From Candidatus Woesearchaeota archaeon (GTDB taxonomy: Archaea > Nanobdellota > Nanobdellia > Woesearchaeales > ARS49), in the NCBI GenBank assembly GCA_016203225.1, contig JACQNC010000003.1, positions 2,537 to 66,536 on the forward strand: 64,000 nucleotides of DNA. Reading direction: 5' to 3'. Below, piece after piece: positions 56,646-64,000 of the stretch. The translations under genes were made by a program, and so were the position numbers. The number at the start of each line of letters is the position of its first letter. The stretch's first letter is position 1. The notes under the pieces were generated by a model. It worked only from the letters and a program-made list of their open reading frames with translations. It made no database searches and was not told the origin of the DNA.

Positions 56646-56651
56646 GGCCTG

Positions 56652-58439
56652 ATGGAACCTAAGGCGAAGCTATGCTGCGAGATCTCATGGGAGGTCTGCA
56701 ACAAGGTGGGCGGGATCTACACAGTCGTCTCGTCTAAAGCGCAGCGCATGGTGGAGCACTACAAGGAGAAATACTTCGCCATCGGACCTTACTTCCCGGC
56801 GAAGGCGCTGGGCAACTTCGAGGAGAAGGTGCCGCCGGATTCATGCAAGCAGGTGTTCGAGACTCTCAAGAGCGAAGGAATCGAGTGCCATTACGGGACG
56901 TGGCTAATCAAGGGCAACCCGAACGCCATCCTGATCGACTTCTCAAATTTCGCGAAACACAAGGACGGCATCAAGAGCTTCCTCTGGGACACGTACAAGA
57001 TAGATTCCCTCGGGACAGACTATTACGACTTCGACGAGCCGGTCGTCTGGGCATGGGCCGCAGGCAAGCTTGCCGAGAGACTGGCCGCCGCGTGCGAAGG
57101 GTCCTGCGTCGCGCAATGCCACGAGTGGCTGGCGGGCGGCGCGCTACTATACCTCAAATCGCACAACGTGCGCGTCGCGACCGTGTTCACGACGCACGCG
57201 ACGATGCTCGGACGGACGCTGGCGAGCGAAGGCATCCTATACCGCGTCATCGACACGGTCGATGCCGATGAGGAGGCGGCGAAGCGCGGGCAGGGCCTGA
57301 AGGCCAAGCACCTGCTCGAGAAGGCGTCTGCGCAGCATTGCGAGATATTCACTACCGTCTCGGAGATCACGGGCATGGAGGCCGAGAAGCTCCTCGGCAG
57401 GAAGCCCGACGTGCTGCTGCCGAACGGGCTCGACATGTCGCGCTTCCCCACGTTCGAGGAGTCGAGCATCAAGCACAAGCTCATGAAGAGCAAGATCTTC
57501 GACTTCCTCATCTCGTACTTCTTCCCGTACTATTCCTGGGACCTCGACAACACGCTCGTGTTCTTCCTGGCAGGCAGGTACGAATTCCACGACAAGGGCA
57601 TCGACATCTTCATCAAGGCGCTGGGCAAGCTGAACGACCGGCTGAAGGCCGAGAATAGCGAACACACTGTCGTCGCGTTCTTCTGGGTGCCGGGCGACAT
57701 CAAGGCCATCAAACCGATGCTGCTCGAGAGCAAGACATACTACAAGGACCTGAAGGAGAGCATCGGCGACAACCTAGACGAGATCGAGCACAACATCCTG
57801 CACGGACTGATCGCGAACCTGCCCCTGACCCAGGAGCAATTGTTCAACGAGGACCTCCGCGACGACGTTAAGCGCAAACTGCTGCGGTTCAGGCGCAAAG
57901 GCAAACCGCCGATCGCGACGCACGACTTATACAACGAACCGCAAGACCTGATCACGCAGACGCTGCTGAAGCTCGGATTGGACAACGACGCGGACGACCG
58001 AGTGAAGGCCGTGTACTACCCGATCTACCTGTCAGGCGCGGACAATCTTTTGGACCTCACGTATTACGAAGCCATGCAGGGCTCGCACCTGGGCGTGTTC
58101 CCTTCGTATTACGAGCCGTGGGGATACACCCCCTTGGAGGCCGGCGCGTTGAGCGTTCCTTCGGTCACCACGGACCTTGCCGGTTTCGGAAGGTTCATCT
58201 GCACGGAGTGCGTGCCTGGCCCAAACCCGGGCATCTGGGTGTTGAAGCGCTGGCAGCATTCCGACGAAGACGTCGTCGACCAGCTCGCGGAACAGATGCA
58301 CTACTACGCGACCCTGCCGAAGGAAGATAGGATCGACAACAAGATCGCCGCGCGCGAGATCGCGGCCATGGCCGACTGGAAGAGCTTCATCGAGCGCTAT
58401 ATCGAAGCGCAGAACAAGGCAGTCGAGAAGCTTCCGTAA
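56652..58439 (+). CDS. GT3-family (eukaryote-type) glycogen synthase
   Basis: Starts at the internal Met of ORF 56391..58439. N-terminus CCEISWEVCNKVGGIYTVVSSKA and later YEPWGYTPLEA resemble eukaryotic Gsy-type synthases. Confidence 0.8.
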   Translation: MEPKAKLCCEISWEVCNKVGGIYTVVSSKAQRMVEHYKEKYFAIGPYFPAKALGNFEEKVPPDSCKQVFETLKSEGIECHYGTWLIKGNPNAILIDFSNFAKHKDGIKSFLWDTYKIDSLGTDYYDFDEPVVWAWAAGKLAERLAAACEGSCVAQCHEWLAGGALLYLKSHNVRVATVFTTHATMLGRTLASEGILYRVIDTVDADEEAAKRGQGLKAKHLLEKASAQHCEIFTTVSEITGMEAEKLLGRKPDVLLPNGLDMSRFPTFEESSIKHKLMKSKIFDFLISYFFPYYSWDLDNTLVFFLAGRYEFHDKGIDIFIKALGKLNDRLKAENSEHTVVAFFWVPGDIKAIKPMLLESKTYYKDLKESIGDNLDEIEHNILHGLIANLPLTQEQLFNEDLRDDVKRKLLRFRRKGKPPIATHDLYNEPQDLITQTLLKLGLDNDADDRVKAVYYPIYLSGADNLLDLTYYEAMQGSHLGVFPSYYEPWGYTPLEAGALSVPSVTTDLAGFGRFICTECVPGPNPGIWVLKRWQHSDEDVVDQLAEQMHYYATLPKEDRIDNKIAAREIAAMADWKSFIERYIEAQNKAVEKLP

Positions 58440-58450
58440 ATTCTCCGCGT

Positions 58451-58495
58451 AATTCGGAATATTTCTGAATTCATTTCCGAAAAGTATATAAGGAG
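58451..58495. promoter_or_regulatory. TTCCG-motif block plus TATA box and GGAGG upstream of vapBC
   Basis: AATTCGGAATATTTCTGAATT imperfect palindrome, then CATTTCCGAAAAG (compare 7454-7465), then GTATATAAGGAGG. Confidence 0.45.
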
Positions 58496-58514
58496 GCACG
58501 TCTCACCAGAGTCC

Positions 58515-58748
58515 ATGATGCAGCTCAGGATCGGACAGAAAGGCGAGATCGTCATCCCGAAGAAGATCCGCGAAGCGCTCGGGCTCTCCCGCGACCGACC
58601 GGTGCTGTTGGAGGTCAGAGACAAGACCATCCATCTCAGGACGACCGCAGAGGACATCATCACGCAATGGGAGGCGCAAGCGAAACGCATCAACCTCAAG
58701 CCGAAAGACCTAGTCTACGGTGACCGGCTCTACGAGGACGTGTTCTGA
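58515..58748 (+). CDS. vapB: AbrB/SpoVT-type antitoxin (VapB-like)
   Basis: RIGQKGEIVIPKKIREALGL SpoVT-AbrB motif. 77 aa. Confidence 0.75.
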   Translation: MMQLRIGQKGEIVIPKKIREALGLSRDRPVLLEVRDKTIHLRTTAEDIITQWEAQAKRINLKPKDLVYGDRLYEDVF

Positions 58749-59140
58749 TGTATATCGATGCGAACATCTTCGCATTCGCGGCGATGCTCCCGGGCGCGGA
58801 AGGCGCGAAAGCCCGCAAACTCCTCGAGACTGTCGTGAAGGGCAGGAAAGCGCTCACAAGCGCATTGACGATCGACGAGGTGATGTGGGTCCTCCGCAAG
58901 AGCGATCGCGCCACGGAGACCAGGACCGTCGTCGAAAACATCTATGCGTTACCTAACCTCGAGATCAAGGAAGTCGCCGCCTCATTGCCCTTGCGCGCAC
59001 TGGATTTCATGGAACGCCATAAGCTCAAGCCTCGTGATGCGCTCCACCTCGCGGCGATGGAGCAGTTCAACATCCATGAGATCGCGAGCGATGATGCCGA
59101 TTTCGATAGGATCCCCGGGATAAAGAGGATGAAGCTATGA
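58748..59140 (+). CDS. vapC: PIN-domain ribonuclease toxin (VapC)
   Basis: MYIDANIF (first Asp), IDEVMW, PRDALHLA and SDDADFD acidic residues. The start overlaps the vapB stop. Confidence 0.8.
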   Translation: MYIDANIFAFAAMLPGAEGAKARKLLETVVKGRKALTSALTIDEVMWVLRKSDRATETRTVVENIYALPNLEIKEVAASLPLRALDFMERHKLKPRDALHLAAMEQFNIHEIASDDADFDRIPGIKRMKL

Positions 59141-59182
59141 TGTGTCACAACCGATTTAAAGCATCTTAGGGAGCGTGCATTC

Positions 59183-59509
59183 ATGTCCAACGAAGCGTTC
59201 GATGCGGCATACCGTAGCTATCTGGGGCTTGAGCCCTCGCTCAAATCGGACCCGGAATTGGCGCATCTCGGCGAGACCGTGCGCATCACGCTGTCGCTCC
59301 GCGATCCCGTGCAGGGGTTGACGCTCGTGCGGCTGTGCGACGTCATCACTGAGAAAGGCGTCAACATGGGCAAGGTCCGGGAAGACGTGCTGTCGTACCT
59401 CCAGAATGAAGCGCGCGTCACGTACGATAAGATCGCCGAACTGCTGAAATCGGAACGCATCGCGGCCGAGAACAACAAAATACGCGAGAACGAGCCAGTC
59501 AAACCTTGA
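59183..59509 (+). CDS. Hypothetical protein (108 aa)
   Basis: ORF with gene-like composition. Its 3' end overlaps the convergent phosphatase gene by 11 nt. No family recognised. Confidence 0.45.
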   Translation: MSNEAFDAAYRSYLGLEPSLKSDPELAHLGETVRITLSLRDPVQGLTLVRLCDVITEKGVNMGKVREDVLSYLQNEARVTYDKIAELLKSERIAAENNKIRENEPVKP

Positions 59510-60071
59510 TGCGGTACGCCCAGTAGCGGTCGTGTGCGTTCTCGAGCGAGCGCATCTGCGCGATCGATAGATGCTCGAAGTGCTTCCTCATCGGTCTGAT
59601 GCTGTTTCCGTGCGCGCTGATGGCGACGTTGACCTTGAATGATTTCATCAATTTGATGAGGTCGTGGATGAACGGCTTGACGCGCTCGTTCACGTCCTTG
59701 AAGGATTCCCCTTTCGGCGGGCTCCTGGTGTAAGAGCGGTGATAGATCATATACAGTCTTGGATTCTGTTTTTCGAACGCGTCCTTGCTCTTGCCCGTGA
59801 GCGCGCCGTAATCGCGCTCCCTCAACCGCGCGTCGATGACGACCGGGATGCCCTTGTGGAAACGCAGGACTTCGTCCAGGGTCTGCAGGGCGCGCGTCTG
59901 GTCCGAAGAGAACGCGAGATCGATCCGCTTGTTCCGTAATTTCCGCGCCAATAGCTTGGCGCTTTTGACCCCTTTCGGCGCGAGCTTGGAGTCGCGCCAA
60001 CCCGAGAAGATATGATCGATGTTATCATACGATTCGCCGTGCCGGAACACATAGACCGTACGGTACGCCAT
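59499..60071 (-). CDS. Histidine phosphatase (phosphoglycerate-mutase superfamily)
   Basis: 190 aa from internal Met. VFRHGES catalytic motif and later AHGNSIR. Confidence 0.8.
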   Translation of the reverse strand: MAYRTVYVFRHGESYDNIDHIFSGWRDSKLAPKGVKSAKLLARKLRNKRIDLAFSSDQTRALQTLDEVLRFHKGIPVVIDARLRERDYGALTGKSKDAFEKQNPRLYMIYHRSYTRSPPKGESFKDVNERVKPFIHDLIKLMKSFKVNVAISAHGNSIRPMRKHFEHLSIAQMRSLENAHDRYWAYRIKV

Positions 60072-60940
60072 CAGCGTAGCGTCTCCGCGAACGCCTTCGT
60101 GACGTCGATCCTCGCGACGGGATTGTGGATGGTGTTGGTGGTCTCGACCATCGCGAGCTTTTTCAGGTCCTGCAATGCGTTGCCTGCGAACACGCCGTGC
60201 ACGCCGATGCACGTGATGCTCTTCACGCCGAGCTTCTTGAGTTGCTTGATGGGTTCGATCATCGTGTGACCTGTGCTGATGATGTCATCGACGATGACGA
60301 CGTGCTTGCCTTTGAGCGGGATCTTCGATTTGACGATAATCCTGACTTTCGTGGCAGTGTAGCGCTTCTTCTTGAGCACGATGCTTGGCAGGCCCGCGAG
60401 CTTCGCGACCGAGGCCGCCCACTGCGACGATTCCTCGTCAGGGCCCACTACCATCTTGTCCGAATGGTTGCGCCTCAGGTGGTCGGCGAGCGTTTGGTTG
60501 GCCGTGAGCGTCGTAGTCTTCGTGCTGAAAATGCGATTGAGGCTCTTGATGCGGTGCAGGTGGGGATCCATCGTGACCAGCATGTCGGCCGAGCTCAATA
60601 GGCGTGCGACGATGCTGTTGGAGACCGCCTCGCCTGCGTGGAACTGCTTGTCCTGGCGCATGAACCCGAGATATGGTGCGACGAGCGTGACCTTCTTCGC
60701 GCCTTGCTGCTTCGCTGCGCCGATCGCGATGAGCGCCTCGAGCAGGACTTCGCCAGGATACGGCTGGAAAGAATAGACAAGAACCGCATGCTTGCCTCTT
60801 ACATCCGCGGGCAGCCTCAACAGGAGCTCGCCGTCAGGGAAATAGCTGGTGCGCACGGGAGCATAACTCGCCTTGATCCTTTTGGCGAGCAGTTTCGCGA
60901 ACCTTTCAGAACCGCAACCGCCGAATACTACTGTTTTCAT
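60071..60940 (-). CDS. prs: Ribose-phosphate pyrophosphokinase (PRPP synthetase)
   Basis: 289 aa from ATG 60940 (GAGG upstream). DPHLH and the PRPP loop VVIVDDIISTGHT. The rest of ORF 60071..62176 is antisense to the next gene. Confidence 0.9.
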   Translation of the reverse strand: MKTVVFGGCGSERFAKLLAKRIKASYAPVRTSYFPDGELLLRLPADVRGKHAVLVYSFQPYPGEVLLEALIAIGAAKQQGAKKVTLVAPYLGFMRQDKQFHAGEAVSNSIVARLLSSADMLVTMDPHLHRIKSLNRIFSTKTTTLTANQTLADHLRRNHSDKMVVGPDEESSQWAASVAKLAGLPSIVLKKKRYTATKVRIIVKSKIPLKGKHVVIVDDIISTGHTMIEPIKQLKKLGVKSITCIGVHGVFAGNALQDLKKLAMVETTNTIHNPVARIDVTKAFAETLR

Positions 60941-61010
60941 CACGCCTCTTTTCATTCCTGACAAGTTGACAAACGTTTTTAAATGCATCGCTCTGTTGCT
61001 CTGCTGAAAG

Positions 61011-62273
61011 ATGGTGACGATCAAGAACGCGAAGGCACTGGGGGCTTCTCCCGCGTGCAAGGCAGTCGTGAAGCTCCTGCAGGCAGGGCTTGACGCGCTC
61101 GATCCCGAAAAGGCGCTGAAAAGCGCGGTGACGCTCGGCAGCGACACGCTCACGCTCGGCGCGCAGCAGTTCTCGCTACGCAAGATAGACCGGATCATCG
61201 TGGTCGGCGCGGGGAAAGCTTCAGGCGTGATGGCGTCGGTGCTCGAGATGATCCTGGGCGACAGGATCTCGAAAGGACTTATCATCGACGTGACCTCGCG
61301 TAAGCTGAAGCGCATCAAGGTGCTGGCGGGAGACCATCCTGTCGTGTCGCCGCACAACGCGCGGTTGACCCACGAGATCCTCAAGATGACCGGCAATCTT
61401 TCTGTCAGTGATTTGGTGATATGCCTGTTCTCAGGCGGCGGGTCTGCGTTGTTCTCGGATCCCCGGATCAATTTGAACCAGTACCAGAACCTGATGCGGC
61501 GGATGCTTACGTCCGGCGCGACGATCCAGGAATTCAACACGGTGCGCAAGCACGTCGACTCCGTGAAAGGCGGGCGTTTCGCCGAGCACTGTTTCCCGGC
61601 GAACGTCGTCACATTACTCGTCTCGGATGTGCCCGGGAATGATCCGGCGTTCATAGCGTCGGGTCCGACTGTGCCTGACACGACCACCGCGAAGGACGCG
61701 CAAAGAATCTTGGCGAAACACGGCCTGCCGCAAGTCACGGTGTCGGAGACGCCGAAGGACAGCACGCTTTTCAGGAAAGTCCGCAACATCATCGTCTTGG
61801 ATAATGAGAAGGCGGTCGACGCGATGAAAGCGGAAGCGTCGAGATTGAGACTGAAGCCGGTTGTTCTGTCCACGAATGTCACGGGCGAGGCGCGCGACGT
61901 AGGAAAGCGTTTGCTGGCCAAGCTCGGCAAGAGGACTGCCGTTATCGCCGCAGGCGAGACGACCGTGACCGTGCGAGGCAAAGGGAAAGGCGGCCGGAAC
62001 CAGGAATTGGTGCTGGGAAGCGTTGAGGCGTTGTCCACGATGAAGAACACCTGCCTCGCGTCGATGGGCACCGACGGACGCGACAACTCCGACGCGGCTG
62101 GCGCGATCGCGGACGAGAAGACGCTGAAGAAGGCAGCGCGCTTGAAGCTCGATGTCGGCGCGGCTCTGAAGGACAACGACAGCTATCCTGTCTGGAAGAA
62201 GCTCAAGCAGCATATCGTGACCGGACCGACCGGGACGAATGTGTCGGACATGATGGTCGCCGTACGATCCTGA
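61011..62273 (+). CDS. Glycerate 2-kinase (DUF4147 + MOFRL domains)
   Basis: VVGAGKASG, LFSGGGSALF, PTVPD and GTDGRDN motifs typical of MOFRL-family glycerate kinases / hydroxypyruvate-reductase-like proteins. Confidence 0.8.
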   Translation: MVTIKNAKALGASPACKAVVKLLQAGLDALDPEKALKSAVTLGSDTLTLGAQQFSLRKIDRIIVVGAGKASGVMASVLEMILGDRISKGLIIDVTSRKLKRIKVLAGDHPVVSPHNARLTHEILKMTGNLSVSDLVICLFSGGGSALFSDPRINLNQYQNLMRRMLTSGATIQEFNTVRKHVDSVKGGRFAEHCFPANVVTLLVSDVPGNDPAFIASGPTVPDTTTAKDAQRILAKHGLPQVTVSETPKDSTLFRKVRNIIVLDNEKAVDAMKAEASRLRLKPVVLSTNVTGEARDVGKRLLAKLGKRTAVIAAGETTVTVRGKGKGGRNQELVLGSVEALSTMKNTCLASMGTDGRDNSDAAGAIADEKTLKKAARLKLDVGAALKDNDSYPVWKKLKQHIVTGPTGTNVSDMMVAVRS

Positions 62274-62333
62274 TTATCTCCACGTCAAGATAGGTCAGAA
62301 CGTTCATATAGTTCAACGTCTTATAGGAAATCA

Positions 62334-62408
62334 CGGGACGGTGGTGCCTACACCAAACCGGGGTGATGCGCCTCAGAGACTTCGGCACCATCGAGCCCGT
62401 TTTCTTTT
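62334..62408 (+). ncRNA. Candidate small structured RNA or intrinsic terminator-like hairpin with U-tract
   Basis: CGGG-AC-GGUGGUGCC (62334-62348) pairs with GGCACCAUC-GAG-CCCG (62384-62399). The 35-nt apical region contains GUGAUGC. Followed by TTTTCTTTT. TATA-like TTCATATAG ~25 nt upstream. Confidence 0.3.
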
Positions 62409-62462
62409 GTGGGCGGGATGCCACCACACAAATAATTATAGACTTTCTTCCCTCGACAAACC

Positions 62463-62774
62463 ATGCTGAAGGACGTCCAAGTCCAGGTCGATGCGTGGAC
62501 GCAGCAGTTCAAGATCCCGTACTGGCAGCCGCTTGAGATCCTCGCGCGGTTGACCGAAGAGACGGGCGAATTGGCGCGCGAACTGAACCACCGCTTCGGG
62601 CCGAAGAAGAAAAAGGCCTCCGAGGACGTAAAGGACGTCGGCGACGAGATGGGAGACATCATCTTCACTCTGGCGTGCCTGGCGAACTCGCAGAGGATCG
62701 ATCTCGATGATTGTTGGAAGCGCGTGATGGACAAATGCTACGGACGCGACAAGGATAGGTTCGAGAAGAAATGA
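62463..62774 (+). CDS. mazG: MazG-like nucleotide pyrophosphohydrolase
   Basis: LTEETGELARE and GDEMGDIIFTLACLAN (EExxE...D motifs). AATAATTATAG TATA ~25 nt upstream of the ATG. Confidence 0.8.
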   Translation: MLKDVQVQVDAWTQQFKIPYWQPLEILARLTEETGELARELNHRFGPKKKKASEDVKDVGDEMGDIIFTLACLANSQRIDLDDCWKRVMDKCYGRDKDRFEKK

Positions 62775-62803
62775 TTTTATAGTCAGTTCTACGTTATTGC
62801 CTC

Positions 62804-62959
62804 ATGGTCAAAGAGGCGAAGCACAAAGGCAAACGCGTCTTCGTCTGCGAGCGCTGCGGATTCAGGTTCTTGGAGAAGAAGTGGGCGGGCGCGTGCGAGG
62901 ACTGGGAGAGGACGCACCTGTCGTGCAACCGAGAGGTCGTCAAGCACGCGTTGAAATGA
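62804..62959 (+). CDS. Small Cys-rich protein (51 aa), below the ORF-track length cut-off
   Basis: Own translation: MVKEAKHKGKRVFVCERCGFRFLEKKWAGACEDWERTHLSCNREVVKHALK. CxxC plus further Cys/His suggests a metal-binding ribbon. Confidence 0.4.
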   Translation: MVKEAKHKGKRVFVCERCGFRFLEKKWAGACEDWERTHLSCNREVVKHALK

Positions 62960-62964
62960 GAGTC

Positions 62965-63082
62965 GTTTTACAAGCACATGCAGAACGAAACGTTCTGCTG
63001 TGCAGCCGAGCCTACTGGACTCGGCTTGCATCGCATCTATAGACTTGAAGCATCCACCAACCTGCCTGGGTGCTCCCCTGTT
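62965..63082 (-). repeat. Intergenic palindromic repeat family, copy F1 (long form, reverse orientation)
   Basis: GCAGAACGAAACGTTCTGC and AGCCGAGCCTACTGGACTCGGCT hairpins, then CCAACCTGCCTGGG (63057-63070). Collinear with the reverse complement of copy B. Confidence 0.65.
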
Positions 63083-63104
63083 ATTGCCGTCCCCATTCGT
63101 TTCT

Positions 63105-63179
63105 CCCCCGGCAGTTTTGACGCGGCTTTAGCGCAATCGATTCGAAAGCAGAAATGCAACTACAAATCTGCTTGGGCAC
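63105..63179 (+). repeat. Intergenic palindromic repeat family, copy F2 (short form)
   Basis: CCCCCGGCAGTTTTGACGCG, CGATTCGAAAG and CAAATCTGCTTGGGCAC. Ends 27 nt from the copA stop. Confidence 0.65.
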
Positions 63180-63205
63180 GCAAATCACGGGAGCGCAGAG
63201 AAACG

Positions 63206-64000
63206 TCAGTTCTTGTATCTGAGATGAAGCGAGTTCAGCACGACGCTCACCGAGCTCAGCGCCATGGCGCCGCCAGCGATGATGGGCGAGAGCAGCCACC
63301 CGGTGAACGGGTAGAGCACGCCCGCCGCGATAGGGATGCCGACGCAGTTGTACACCAAAGCCCAGAACATGTTCTGCCTGATCTTCGACATCGTCATCTT
63401 GCTCAACGCTATCGCCCGGGCGATGTCGAGGAGTTCGTTGCGCATCAGCACGATATCACCGGTCTCGAGCGCGACATCGGTGCCGGAGCCCATCGCGATG
63501 CCCACATCGGCCTGCGCGAGCGCCGGAGCGTCGTTCACTCCGTCGCCTATCATGGCGACCTTCCCCTCCTTCTGCAGCGCGACGACGTGGTCCGCCTTGT
63601 CGGCCGGCAGGACCTCCGCGAAGATCTCTGTTATGCCCACTTGCTTGGCGATGGCCTGCGCAGTGCGCCGGTTGTCACCGGTGATCATCGCGACATGGAT
63701 GCCCAAGTCCTGCAGACTCTTGACAGCGGCGGGAGCGTCATCCTTGAGGACGTCGGCGACCGCGATGAGGCAGAGAACCTCCTTCGATGCGAGGATCATG
63801 ACAGTCTTGCCGTCCTCCTCCAACGGACGGATGCGGGATTCCCAATCTCCGACATCGATCGATTCGTCGTTCATCAGCTTGCGATTGCCGAGGAAGTAGT
63901 GTTTCGTCCCGATCTTTGCCGTGACGCCGTGTCCGGGCAACGCCTTGAAGCCAGCGCACTCCTGCAGCTTGACATCCTTCGCCTTTCGCATGACCGCCTG
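63206..64000 (-). CDS. copA: Heavy-metal (Cu+) P1B-type ATPase, C-terminal part; 5' end outside window
   Basis: ITGDNRRTAQAIA, GDGVNDAPALAQADVGIAMGSGTDVA and the two final TM helices. The ORF runs to the window edge. Confidence 0.9.
   Translation of the reverse strand, partial: QAVMRKAKDVKLQECAGFKALPGHGVTAKIGTKHYFLGNRKLMNDESIDVGDWESRIRPLEEDGKTVMILASKEVLCLIAVADVLKDDAPAAVKSLQDLGIHVAMITGDNRRTAQAIAKQVGITEIFAEVLPADKADHVVALQKEGKVAMIGDGVNDAPALAQADVGIAMGSGTDVALETGDIVLMRNELLDIARAIALSKMTMSKIRQNMFWALVYNCVGIPIAAGVLYPFTGWLLSPIIAGGAMALSSVSVVLNSLHLRYKN

Noticed and set aside
56391-56651. 5' extension of the GT3 glycogen synthase ORF
   Set aside because: It overlaps the ATPase 3' end and repeat copy E. Eukaryote-type synthase similarity starts right after Met 56652.
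60941-62176. Upstream two thirds of the 701-aa minus-strand ORF 60071..62176
   Set aside because: PRPP synthetase homology starts only at Met 60940. The upstream part is antisense to the glycerate kinase gene.

Overview
This is a densely coding, GC-rich segment (roughly 55-60% GC by eye) that I infer is archaeal. The evidence is aIF-1A, a Dph2-like diphthamide enzyme, a TrmB regulator, PEF-CTERM surface proteins, GH57, and TATA-like boxes 25-45 nt upstream of start codons. It may come from an uncultivated or reduced lineage.

I call about 80 protein genes. I recognise no rRNA, tRNA or CRISPR array.

Functional themes:
- B12-dependent dNTP synthesis: nrdR, an intein-containing nrdJ, PduO adenosyltransferase and a second nrdJ.
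- Oxidative-damage defence: Ogg1-like/ASCH/Nth operon, Ogg2-like glycosylase, SOD, MazG and a VIT1 iron transporter.
- Scattered glycogen metabolism: GalT, debranching enzyme, GH57, a GT4/5-type synthase and a eukaryote-like GT3 synthase.
- Two large N-glycosylation-sequon-rich surface proteins with PEF-CTERM anchors.
- A run of lipobox proteins, plus LspA at the window edge.
- Two toxin-antitoxin pairs.
- Ca2+ and Cu P-type ATPases.

Most unusual observations:
- A dispersed, imperfectly palindromic intergenic repeat family with at least 7 copies, all next to gene 3' ends.
- Recurrent TTCCGAAA/TTTCGGAA palindrome blocks at five intergenic loci, including an identical 18-mer at two of them.
- A divergent pair of secreted Cys-rich repeat proteins.
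- A three-member small-protein family linked to glycogen and surface-protein genes.
- A cytoplasmic S8 protease with an unknown 340-aa N-terminal region, translationally coupled to a small ORF.
- A ~290-nt structured non-coding gap, which could be a reduced RNase P-like RNA.

All family assignments rest on motif recognition by eye and need database confirmation.
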